From: Octopus vulgaris
Taxonomy: Eukaryota
Assembly: GCA_951406725.2 (NCBI GenBank)
Contig: OX597836.1
Coordinates: 22,754,001 to 22,818,000, forward strand
Direction: 5' to 3'
DNA length: 64,000 nucleotides
Below the pieces are notes generated by a model. It saw only the letters and a list, made by a program, of their open reading frames with translations. It was not told the DNA's origin and did not search any database. Below, one piece after another: positions 1 to 11,307 of the stretch. The position numbers and the translations under genes were made by a program. Positions within the stretch are counted from its first letter, which is position 1. Every line of letters begins with the position of its first letter.

Positions 1-540
1 TTATTTAATCGACCCCGAAAGGATGAAAGGCAAAGTCGACCTTGGCGGAATTTGAACTCGGAACGTAACAGCAGACGAAATACCGCTAAGCATTTTGCCC
101 GGCGTGCTAATGTTTCTGCCAGCTCAGTCTAACCCAGGCAAGCAAGTAAGATAAGTGGATATCAAAATAATAATGATATAAAACCCAAGTCATTACAGAC
201 AGGTGAATATGATATGGTACCATGTACAATATACCATGTTTTGACTAATGCAAAGTCGATTACATTGACCCCAGTGCATAACTGGTACTTAATTTATCGA
301 CCCCGAAAGGATGAAAGGCAAAGTCAACCTCGGCGGAATTTGAACTCAGAACGCAACAGCAGACGAAATACCGTTAAGCATTTTGCCCAGCGTGCTAACG
401 TTTCTGCCAGCTCAGTCTAACCCATGCAAGCAAGCAAGATAAGTGGAGGTCAAAATAATAATGATATAAAACCCAAGTCATTACATACAGGTGAATATGA
501 TATGGTACCATGTACAATATACCATGTTTTCACTAATGCA
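1..540. repeat. ~288-bp tandem duplication (SINE-A plus flank)
   Basis: 1-252 is repeated in 253-540. Confidence 0.85.
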
Positions 541-899
541 GTCATGAGTAGACACAGAATCCCCCAGCCTCTTGGTACAGCAGAATATCTGAGATATAAG
601 AGCTGGAGGGCTGTTCCAGCACAGTACTCACTAAGCTGGTACTCATTTTACTGCTAAGTAGAGTACAGGAAAGCGATGTGAAATGAAGTAATGAAGTGTC
701 TTGATCAAGGTAGCAAAGCACTACCTGGTATGGGAATTGAACCTGTAATTGTATGTTTCTGAGCCCAATACCATAATCATTAGGCTAGTATTAAAGTTGA
801 AATGTAATTTGCTGGTTGGTGTATCATAGTTATGTATCGTTGGTGGGATAAATGAAAAGACTAGCCTTTGATAGAATAGTATACGTCATGCATGATATC

Positions 900-937
900 T
901 ATGTATGTATGTATATACACATATACACATACATACA

Positions 938-982
<45 letters not shown>

Positions 983-1229
983 CGTGCATGTGTGTGTATA
1001 AATATGTATATATATATATATATATGTATATTCACGTGTGTGTGTGAATATATATATATATATATATAGATATGTATGTATATATATATATATGTATGTA
1101 TGCATGTATATATATATATATATATATTATAGATATACACATACACACACACAATCATACATGCATTCACAAACACATACATAAATATAAAAATACACAC
1201 ACATATAGGTACATGGATACATGCACACG

Positions 1230-1260
<31 letters not shown>

Positions 1261-1400
1261 CTGCACACAACATAAACACATATCCACGCCTACTAACAGA
1301 TATTTACATAAATATACAACTATACACATGCATGCATAAATGAACACATACAAGTATACACACACACACACACACGTATATATAAACATGCACACACAAC
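900..1400. repeat. (TA)n/(CA)n compound microsatellite; similar tracts at 4115-4230, 34020-34262, 46290-46428, 54280-54610 and others
   Basis: Direct inspection. Confidence 0.95.
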
Positions 1401-1814
1401 ATAATCTTTCCCCACCCCATACACTGCTATTTAGATAAATGTATAACTATTTAATTAGTATACAAATATTGAATCACCAAAAATTAAATTATTGAATATT
1501 CAATTATCGATTATTGAATCATCGTTGCACTTCCTCCCCCAAATTCCCACCGCATCTCACAGTTAGTCATCTAAGGAAAACAAAAGGAAGCTGGGGAGGC
1601 AGGTTGGGGTTTGGAATGGTGAGACATTCTTTCTGTGAGAGATAAAAAAGAAAGAGAGAAGGAAGGGGGAAGAGAAGTAGAATTTCTAAAAAGAAAAAAA
1701 AAACAAACACAGCAATTAGTATTTTTTTTGTTTTTTTTTTAGTGATAGAGAAAAGTAATGGATGTACCACTAGCATCACCAACGGCAGCAGCAACATCAT
1801 GACCAGCAGCAGTA

Positions 1815-2180
1815 AGTGGAGGCGCAATGGCCCCGTGGTTAGGGCAGCGGACTCGCGGTCGGAGGATCGCGGTTTCGATTCCCAGACCGGGCGTTGTGTG
1901 TGTTTATTGAGCGAAAACACCTAAAGCTCCACGAGGTTCCGGCAGGGGGTGGTGGCGACCCCTGTTGTACTCTTTCGCTCCAACTTTCTCTCGATCTTTC
2001 TTCCTTTTTCTTGTCCCCGACTTCCTACGCAACCGCTGAGCCTGGATGCGCATTCATCCATCCGTCGATGCTCTCGGTGTCGGGGGTTGACCTGCTTTCT
2101 CTTCTGCAGGTCTTACAAATAGCAAAGGACCTCATTGCGGACTTCTCAGAAGACCGCTTCGCTCAACAAACAAACAAATC
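1815..2180 (+). mobile_element. tRNA-derived SINE (a related copy at 26278-26664, minus strand)
   Basis: A box TGGCCCCGTGG, B-box-like GGTTTCGATTCC, long 3' body and (CAAA)n tail. Confidence 0.8.
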
Positions 2181-2616
2181 ACCAACAGCAGCACTCCATG
2201 GGTCACCAGGGCTGGATTAAGACCCATAGAGGCCCTAAGCATTTAAAAGATATTGGTGCCCCCATATACACTAAGAACCATGCTAATAGCTTAGGAGTGA
2301 AATTTATAATTTCTCGGTTTTCTGTGAATTGATTTTGATAAAACTTTTTCCCAGCTGGTTCGCACACTATGGCAACACCATTGTCATGTTTTCATTATTC
2401 TGTGTAATGGCCTTTCTTTTTTATTTCAGATTCTTCAGTTTTGGGGTGAACCACGCTAATAGCTTTTGAATGAAAATATCTCCTCTAGACATTTTTTTTC
2501 AGAAAATGAAGGGTAATAATATGTAATAAGAATACATTGAGTATATATTTAACAGAAAACCATAATATTATAAAATTTATTGACATAATGAATTATTTCG
2601 CCACATGAGTGCCATT

Positions 2617-3760
2617 TCAATGGATAACTTCAAAAACCCTACTAGTCAGGGAATCTGTCAATTTCTTAATAGTAGCAGGATGGATTGCCTCTGCTGCAGC
2701 TTTGATGGTCGTCCATAAGACATCTTTCGACGTAAATTGGTGTCCATTGGTATAAACATTTTGTTTAATGATGGACCAAAGATTTTCAATAGGGTTGAGA
2801 TCCAGAGATGCTGGCAATCACACCATCAACCTTTCACCTTGTATGCTGTAAGACCCTAGGAATGGTTGGGTTATCCTAGCAGAGTGGGAGGGAGCATTGT
2901 CATGCATGAGTACAAGATTCCTCAAAAGTGACAGCAGTATGTCATCCAACCAGGGATCCAAGCCCTTCAGAAGAGTGCAGTAGGTGGCTACAGTCACTTT
3001 AACTTCTGGGCCGACAAGTCTGTCCCGAATGATACCAGCCCACAACATGACTCCTCCACCCTGTTGTTGACATTGAAAACATTGATGTTTATAATATAAT
3101 GAAATTATTGTATACAGTGCTCAGGTGCACCACAACTTGTCAAAAAGTGCATATAAAGTATATGCAGTAATGTACAAATGTCTGGAAAGCGAACAATGTA
3201 TGAGTCAGATACATGCTTGTGTGTGTATGGAGGGGAGAAAATCAGGTGTAGTGTTGGCAAATCTCAGGAAGCATGGAAGTTTTGAAGGATGCAGTGCTCT
3301 GACAACTAACAACTGATGCTGGAAGTCTGTTCCATGCTTCAGCAACTCTTAGCGTTAAAAAAATGTTTCCGAAAGTCATGGGAGCTGTGCTGTTTTCTAA
3401 CTCAAAACAGATCAAATCATCTGCCCAACTATCAGGTCTGTCAAGGGTTACCCAGGTTTTGTCACTGAACAGAACACAACTCATGTCTAACGTTATGTCC
3501 TTTTGGGCCCATTGAAGTCTCGAACTCTTGTAATGGGGTGTTAAAGGAGACACATTCAGGAGTTCTCGCATGGAATCCATGGCTCTGAGGATGCAGTTTC
3601 TGGTAGTTTTCAGTACATGAGGAAGTCTGGAGGCAGTGAAAATGGCTTTGCTTGTTTGTTCAGCTTTCTCATGTAACTTGCTGCTGCTAATATTCTTTAA
3701 ATCTCTAGCTGTCACGGTCTTGGAGGCCCCACAATCAGATTGTTTCTTCCTTGGCACGAG
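2617..3760 (-). mobile_element. Degenerate Tc1-family transposase interrupted by a CR1-like LINE tail (~3090-3400)
   Basis: VLFSDK..TLD.PD, GGGVMLWAGI, MHDNAPSHSAR, SLDLNPIENLWSIIK (DD..E). The inserted [18 protein letters not shown] is a CR1-type 3' end. Confidence 0.88.
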
Positions 3761-4112
3761 GTTTGGCTGCTATTTCTAGTATATGAGTAACTCCATAGAA
3801 GATCCGTCATTGGTGATTAAATGAAGACAGAGATATGCAAAGCTGTGAGACAACACATTCAAATGGTTTGCAGACGAAAATGAATACAGTTAATATTGGA
3901 ATTTGAATTTAATTTGAACCTGAGAATCTCATTAAGGAATATCAAATTAACGAATCTAATCCAGAGAAGGAATAAAATGTCAGTCTCATATTTCATCACT
4001 GTTTTTTTTTTCTTTTTAATGGTAAGTATTGATTATTTTCTTATCTTTGATGCTGTCTGATTAATGAGACCTTTCATTCTGGGACTACTTGTTCATTCAG
4101 TGATTTCAATAT

Positions 4113-4181
<69 letters not shown>

Positions 4182-4194
4182 CATACATAGATAC

Positions 4195-4236
<42 letters not shown>

Positions 4237-4394
4237 GGAAAAAAAAACACCTTTTATCAATTCAAAATGAACAATTAAATTACACCATCTAGAAAATTAC
4301 ATATAATAGAAATATTAAAATTAAAATAACAATAAAATGTCAATGATTAAGTAAATTGCAAAAAAATAATAAAAACGTATATAATTTGTAGAAG

Positions 4395-4489
4395 AACGAC
4401 ACGTGTTTCGTGGCTATATTTAAGAATTTAAGAAATGATTATATTAGTAGAGAAATTACTTCGATATAAATATAGTCACTCATCAGGTT
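4395..4489 (-). ncRNA. Type I hammerhead ribozyme motif (Penelope-associated type)
   Basis: Minus strand reads AAC-CUGAUGA-GUGACUAUAUUUA...UAAAUAUAGCCAC-GAAA-CACGUG-UC-GUU: complete core, 13-bp stem II with one mismatch, palindromic stem III, 3-bp stem I. Confidence 0.75.
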
Positions 4490-4528
4490 AAAAATAAACT
4501 AGAACAATAAAATAATTAATAAATATAC

Positions 4529-4576
<48 letters not shown>

Positions 4577-6999
4577 ATACTAAATATACATAAGTGAAAA
4601 CTAAAACAATACTTAAATTATTAAATACTTTAAAATTAAATAAAATACACAAAGCTAGTACAAGTCATTAAATTGTAATCAAAATAAGAAATGGTTCAAA
4701 TATAGACATACTCCTTAAATGAGCTAACCATATAATAAATATATATGTGTAGTATCTATAGATTTAATATAACAATCTATAACAAAGTTGACTAAATATC
4801 AAATAATATAATACCTAATTAACTTAAAATTTAATATTACAAATAAATAAGCCACCTAATAATTAAATAATATATTGTCTGACAAAATCAATTCTTAAGT
4901 TAAATTAAATGTAATACGTTAGATCCCTTTATATATAAATATATATATTTTAAAAAAAAAGAGATATAAGAATTAATATTTATCACCATCATCATCATCA
5001 TCATTTAATGTTCGTTTTCCGCGCTAGCACGGGTTGGACGGTTCGACCAGGGTCTGGGAAGCCAGGGGCTGCTCCAGGCTCCAGTCTGATCTGGCAGAGT
5101 TTCTACGGCTGGATGCCCTTCCTAACGCCAACTACTCCACGAGTGTAGTGGGTGCTTTTTACGTGCCACCTGCACAGGTGCCAGGGGGGGTCTGGCATCG
5201 GCCACAATCGGTTGGAGCTTTTAACATGCCAGCAGCACGGAAGCCAGCCAGCTGGCAATGTTCGGATGGTGCTTTTTATGTGCCACCGGCACAGAAGCCA
5301 GTCGGAGCGGCGCTGGCATCGGCCACGTTCGGATGGTGCTTTTTATGTGCCACCGGCACAGAAGCCAGTCGGGGCGGCACTGGCATCGGCCTCGTTCGGA
5401 TAGTGCTTTTTATGTGCCACCGGCACCGGCATCACAACTACTATTTCCATTGATATTTATTTCGACGTTCATGTTCATGTACTTGACTCAACATGTCTCC
5501 TCAAGCACAGCGGGACATTCTGGGATCCAGGGTACTTTGAATGGGCAGGGGCTATGTGGAACTGATGCAGGAAGCAGCCCGGGTCTTTGCAGTCACAGCA
5601 TATCTCCAGAGATCTCGGTCCTTCGCTATTGCCTCAGTGAGGCCCAACGCTCTGAGATCATGCTTGACTACCTCATCCCGTCTTCCTGGGTCTACCTCTC
5701 CCCCTGATACCTTCAACTGTTTGGGAGTGGCACTTCTTCACACATCTCTCCTCATCCATCCGCAGCACCTGACCATACCATACCATCGTAACTTATATAT
5801 ATCAATATATATAAAAAGATATAATAGCGAGAATAATATGTTAATGCAAAGCCTTGTGAGTGGATTTGGTAGATGGAAACTGAAAGAAGCCCGTCGTATA
5901 TATATGTGTGTGTGTGTGTGTTTGTCCCCCCGACATCACTTGACAACCGATGCTGGTGTGTTTACATCACTGTAACTTAGCGGTTCAGCAAAAGAGACCG
6001 ATAGAATAAGTACTAAGCTTACAAAGAATAAGTCCTGAGGTCGATTTGTTTGACTAAAGGCAGTGCTCCAGCATGGCTGAAACAAGTAAAAGAGTAACAA
6101 GAGAGTAAAAAGATTTTAAAAATGTAAGCTATGCATAGCTGAAAAATCTCAGATTCTTTTCAGATCTAAGAACTCTAACACACTGTTGAATTGTAGATCC
6201 TAAATTTTCAGCAGTTGTAAGCATATGCCTAGGTTCCTATTGACAAATTGGGAAGTGCCTCCCTGAATTGACTAAACTGTACTATAGGCTCTAAGCCACC
6301 GTTTTTTCAGCCTCATAATTTATAGTCTAAGGGAAATAACTCTTATTCACCATTTTGCTTTCATTTCTCTTTTACATTTTCTGGTTTTCCAACTTTCCAC
6401 CTTTTCTATAGACTTCATTCTCAGATATGGTAGTCAGGAAATGTAAGAAACCCATTAGTTGCGTATGTGTGTGCATTTGTATGTGTGTCCCTGTCTAAAC
6501 ACAATGTGATAGTCGTAAATGGGTGCCACTGTCATATAAGCAGTGTCATTCATTTCCCATATTTTACAAAAACGTGCCTGGTCATCATCATCATCATCAT
6601 TTAACAAGTTGAACAACAGAAACAAAATATTTGAAACTTTTATTGTTTTTATGAATTTTATTTTAGTACATACACCAAGACTTTACTGCTTTTTTCAGAA
6701 AACATTAAAATTTTTTTTTAAGAAAAATTTAGTAGATCGTGGAAAATCATGCATTAACAAATAGTCAAGGAAAACAAGTATTGTGCGAGAAGGACCTTGT
6801 ATTAATAAAACAAAAAATTCTAATTCACAACAAAGCCTATGGAATGAATTTATCAGTATTTAAAAAAAAAAAAAAAATTTTTTTTAAATGCTTGTGGAAA
6901 ATCATTATTATTATTATTATTGGTTTTCAAAGAGGAAGGACTTGTCTTTGGAAGCTGTGAGTTTTTGGCCAATTTTCACTGAAAATTTTGTTATATCTA

Positions 7000-7400
7000 T
7001 TAACCCCTTAACAGATTATCCCGAGTTTACTTGTGCATCGCAAATATATCTTTTTAGAACCAGACGAGTATACACGGTTAAAATTGACTTTTAATTTTAG
7101 CACTCAAACGAATTTATTTGTTTTGTGTCGTTTCATTTTTGAGCAATCACAAATTTACTCACGTTGTTTAAAAAAGATAAGTATTTTTTCATTTGATGGA
7201 TTTGGCTATCTGGAATGCTTATGTTTTGTATAAAGCAACTTTGGAAACTTCAGCTTCTGCTATGGAACCGCTGAAATTTAGAATGCAAATAGTCACCAAG
7301 ATTATTGAAAAATATAGGCCCTTATTGCCTCCCACGAAACCAGGACGGCCAACATCGATCCCACATCCAACAAGATTTGCCCCAGCTAGTCACTTTCCCT
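7000..7400 (+). mobile_element. piggyBac-like remnant (TTAA-CCC left end plus transposase C-terminal fragment)
   Basis: TTAA|CCCCTTAAC at 7000. ORF 7193 encodes DLAIWNAYVLYK...LKFRMQIVTKIIEKY...GRP...RF..SHFP, typical of the C-terminus of PGBD4-like transposases. No right end found. Confidence 0.7.
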
Positions 7401-7589
7401 TTTGTCACGCTTTTGTAGTATTTTTTACAATATGCCAAACTAAAAATGCTCAAGTCTTTCTGATAAGCGAGATAGAATCCGTAAATTGCAAAGAAGGGAG
7501 GCCTGTGCACAGGTACGTTTTTTGCCTAAATATTACATTTTTTCATTGAAATATTGCTGAACTTACTCTTTTTCCATTCAGCGCTGAGA

Positions 7590-9290
7590 TCCCCTACTGC
7601 ACACAATATCATGAAGGAAACAAAAAAATGGAGTGAAGTGTGTGGCAGTTTAGTTGACACCTATTTCACAGAGATCATTGGGAGGCCGTTTTCCAGTTGT
7701 TCCGAAACACGATTTGATTGGTTGAATTATCTTCAGATTGTACGGAGAGACTTAAACCATTATTATATAACGTTCTTCGAAATCTACAAGGTCATTTTAG
7801 TTATGAGTGTTTCATGTACTGAAGAACTAACCAATCTGATCAACAATCATATTTTCAAAATTGCATTACTCCAAGCGGACGCTGACTCAAAGTATTATAA
7901 TGTCTCTCTGTTCAGTGAAATATTGGGTGATATTGACATATTTCCAGGCTTTTGCTTCTTCAAACCTCATGATATACTGATGGACAGGAACATGACACTG
8001 ATGGCCAAGGACACGTTGTTGGGAAGATTCACCTGTTCCTGGTGTGCTCTGAACTCCTTGGAATTTGGAAATGAACACCACTACAAAACCCTGTGTTTTT
8101 ACTATACAGAAGGAGATAAACTGTTGGTAAATCATGGAAATAAAGCATTCAAGGGGATGAAACTAAGGGGAATCTCAGTGTGGACGCTCTAGAAAAGCTT
8201 GCCTCGGAAGCGGTGCCAGAAATTCCCCCGTTCCAAAAATTCGGTTTACATTTAAAGCAATCTAGGGAGTCCCTGTCTGAATCATATGGGTTCTGGTTTT
8301 TTGACTCACTATGAGATAATATGCCCTAGATTTTTAGCCTTTCTGAGAGGAGTGTTCTGCCACTGGGGGCATCCATTCATAGATTATAATCTCGGATTAA
8401 CAAAGCTTCATCAATATGTCACAACACCAAAACAAATCAATACACAATACGCGGAATCCAAAGCTAGTGAATTGGCCTTCATTGTTTTAGAGTCCCAATT
8501 CAAAAGAAAGAAACAATGGTTTATAGATGAATCAGCTCTTCTTCCTGAACACATCCTTCGGTCGTATATCATTGAGCAAAAATGGCCAAATGCTTGCATT
8601 TTAAAGCAAGTGGAAGGGACCTGGCATGCTCTCCCCTTATTACCCTGCTTCGATATCCCGGCGCAAGTTGACATGAGCACATTGTATTCCGAGAAGAGTT
8701 TCAGCATGACCAAGACGGAGGGGATCGAATTCATTAAAAACAAACCCAATCAACCTATACCTACAAAGAAAGTCTTGACCAAAGCATTAACCAAGAATCA
8801 ACTGAATGTGCACGAATTCTTGGCCAAGATTGAGCGGGAAGGAATATCGGAAGATCACTTAATAATTGGGTTAAAACCGAAAGAAAGGGAATTGAAGCTT
8901 GAACTAAGATAGCTTTCCTTGATGAGTTGGGAACTTAGGACATACTTTGTATTGACGGAATATTTGATAAAGGAGTTTTTACTCCCTTTGTTCTCGGAGA
9001 TTACGATGCGAGATGATTTAATCAAGTTGATTGGGAAAATGCAAAACATCTCAGGGGGCCAAGGATCTAGAAATTATGAGACTATCACCATCACAAACCA
9101 ATTCGACTACGAAAAGTGGAACAACAACCAGCGCCTGGAATCTAACGGTCCTATTTTTCTAGTTATGGGGAAGTTCCTTGGTTATCCGACATTGATTTAC
9201 AAAACCCACATTGGTTATCCGACATTGATTTACAAAACCCACATAATTTGTTGGAACCAGACTTTAAGGAGTAAAGGATGGCTGTTATCA
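7590..9290 (+). pseudogene. L: Endogenous viral element: fragment of a rhabdovirus (VSV-like) L protein, RNA-dependent RNA polymerase N-terminal half
   Basis: ORFs 7554-8192, 8286-8912 and 8919-9371 plus a bridging frame at ~8189-8290 give [105 protein letters not shown] and [31 protein letters not shown]. These are colinear with VSV L as recalled (YFKKLDILMDRNFLLMVKD, FRHWGHPFIDY, LIIGLKGKERELK, DYEKWNNHQR, VMGQFLGYPSLIERTH). There are two frameshifts and a TAG at 8910-8912. Confidence 0.95.
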
Positions 9291-9910
9291 ATCAGTGTGA
9301 ATCATCATCAAGCTAATACTATCTTGAAAGAAATCCAGTCTACAATTGAGAGGGTCAGCCATTGGATATGACTGAAAACCTGGTTAGAGAAGAAATACAG
9401 GTGGAAGGCAGGTACCTGTTTGCTTATTTGGTAAATCACACCTGCATGACTCCACAATATGAATGGTGCTGCTGATCCTGAGATGACAGACTTAAGATTA
9501 AATGTCAATGGTCAAATACTATATAGGCAGTCAGTCAATCCATAGCAAAAGAGAGGAGAGGGGAAGGTCCCCTAATATGTTGCTGATGCCACTGCTACAG
9601 CACAACCCAAATGGACAGCACTGTTGACACCTCCCAACCACCAATGATGTCCACCAGAGCCCAATCACACATGCATACCACTCCCTTATGCCTTACACTT
9701 TGAAACCACATTAACCTTAATAAATAGCCATTGTAATTGTTCTTTTCTTTAATCTTTTCTCCCATGCATTGACATTTCATCCAATGAATCTTCACATTTA
9801 ATCATTGTTACACAGTGAAAAAGATGATTTTTCAGGACTGTAATGATACTGAGCCAGCCTCTATTACATAGAGCAGCTATGGAAAAACTCTTCTCCTGAC
9901 TTTTCTCAAT

Positions 9911-10103
9911 GACTTGAATTGACTTGACAGCATTCACCCGGGGTGAGTAGAGCTGGCTTCATTCATCCTCATTGCTGCATCTCTCACAAACGCCGACCAG
10001 GCCTGGCGATTTGAGGCTAACGACCGCGTGATCTCCAACCACTCCTTATTCCAGCTGCAAACGCCGTAGGTATGGGGGCCTAGGTTGGGTTCCAGATCAG
10101 CCT
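9911..10103 (-). mobile_element. 5'-truncated RTE-clade LINE 3' end with 14-bp TSD
   Basis: Encodes WLEITRSLASNRQAWSAFVRDA and has a (CAAGT)-like tail. It is flanked by TGACTTTTCTCAAT at 9897-9910 and 10104-10117. Confidence 0.75.
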
Positions 10104-10993
10104 TGACTTTTCTCAATAGTTCAAAGCAAATTCTATGTTCTCCGCAATGTGAATGAATTTGGGTTGATTTCAGTAGCTCACTCAATGAGAGCAAAAGAGA
10201 AACTTATGAAAGTGAAACAGGTTTTGAATTTAAAATCTTACGGCCAAACAAGAGATCATATGTGTAGAGCTGAAGATGGTTTGTTTCCTCCTTGGGCAAG
10301 AGAGTGGGTACATGAAGTACCCGTGCTTTCTTTGCTTGTGAGACAGTAGAGTAGAATCTGAACATTAGCATAGAAAGGAGAGGCCAATAAGACATCATAT
10401 GAAGGTTGAGGAAAAGAACATAGTAAACAAGCCATTTTAACAGAAATTCTCACCACCTCAGATTAGGATAAGTTTTATGAAGCAATCTGTGAGAGCCATA
10501 GACAAGGAAGGGGACTGCTTTGGCTCTATTCATAGATCCTTTCAAGGGCTTAGTAGAGAAAAATTGAAAGCTTGTCGGGGATCCAAACTTTGTACTTTCT
10601 ATGAATGAAAGTTGAAGCAACAGCCCAGAATGCATTTGTAGAGGTTATAACCAAATTCCTTTGAAAGGTAAAGAATGGCAGTTGCACTGAAATAGTTAAC
10701 CAGTTAATTCATGGTTTTAATAGCCTTGGTTATATAACAAGAGTATTCAAGTACACCAAATAAGCTTTCCTGAAAATCTGGGTGGTGTAAGCAATGAACA
10801 ATACAAATGTTTCTACCTGGGTCTTAAAACAATCAAGGAATGTTACCAGGTATAGCGTAACGATGGCAGATTTTCATTGGTATTTGAAATGGGACTGTAA
10901 CAAAATTTCCCACTGAGAAAGATTAAATGAAAGAACATTTTTACCATAGTAAAAGAGTAGACTAAGTAGTTTTCATCAATTGTATTACAACTT

Positions 10994-11307
10994 TGTTGTG
11001 TCTGGGGAGAGTCATTCTCTTTTAGTATCTTATTATTTAACACATTCACCAGTAAAATTTCCACTTATTTCGTCTTTTTATTTTCCTAAAATTTTCGTTG
11101 CGTCTTGCAACCTTTTCAATAGTCTTGACTCTGTCCGTTATTTACACTGCGTTCCCTTTTGTTTGTTTGTGCGCATGTGTGTGGGTCAGTGTGTGTGTGT
11201 GTGTGTGTGCCTATACATGCATACATGTACATATGTATGTGTGTGTGTTTGCATGTGTATGTATGTATATATGTACTAAAAGAAAATGACTCTCCCCAGA
11301 CACAACA
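10994..11307. mobile_element. MITE-like element with ~34-bp inverted termini
   Basis: TGTTGTGTCTGGGGAGAGTCATTCTCTTTTAGTA / TACTAAAAGAAAATGACTCTCCCCAGACACAACA. Confidence 0.65.

Noticed and set aside
886-1395. Long ORFs rich in YI/CV/HT (also 33870-34454, 46206-46512, 54162-54633)
   Set aside because: These are translations of (TA)n/(CA)n microsatellites.
1826-1895. tRNA gene
   Set aside because: The tRNA-like head continues into a SINE body shared with 26278-26664, and it has no proper acceptor stem or terminator.
5034-5975. 140-150 aa ORFs (MDGSTRVWEARG..., repeated at 33102, 43436, 45042, 53227)
   Set aside because: Chance frames in a multi-copy SINE; stops and frames vary between copies.
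7446-8192. Spliced, domesticated in-frame host-L fusion gene
   Set aside because: The frame upstream of the putative intron that would join L contains stops (7461, 7464), and L itself is frameshifted and has an in-frame stop.
8910-8912. Programmed stop-codon readthrough in L
   Set aside because: Rhabdovirus L has an ordinary residue here (GRFFSLMSW in VSV); together with the frameshifts, simple decay explains it.
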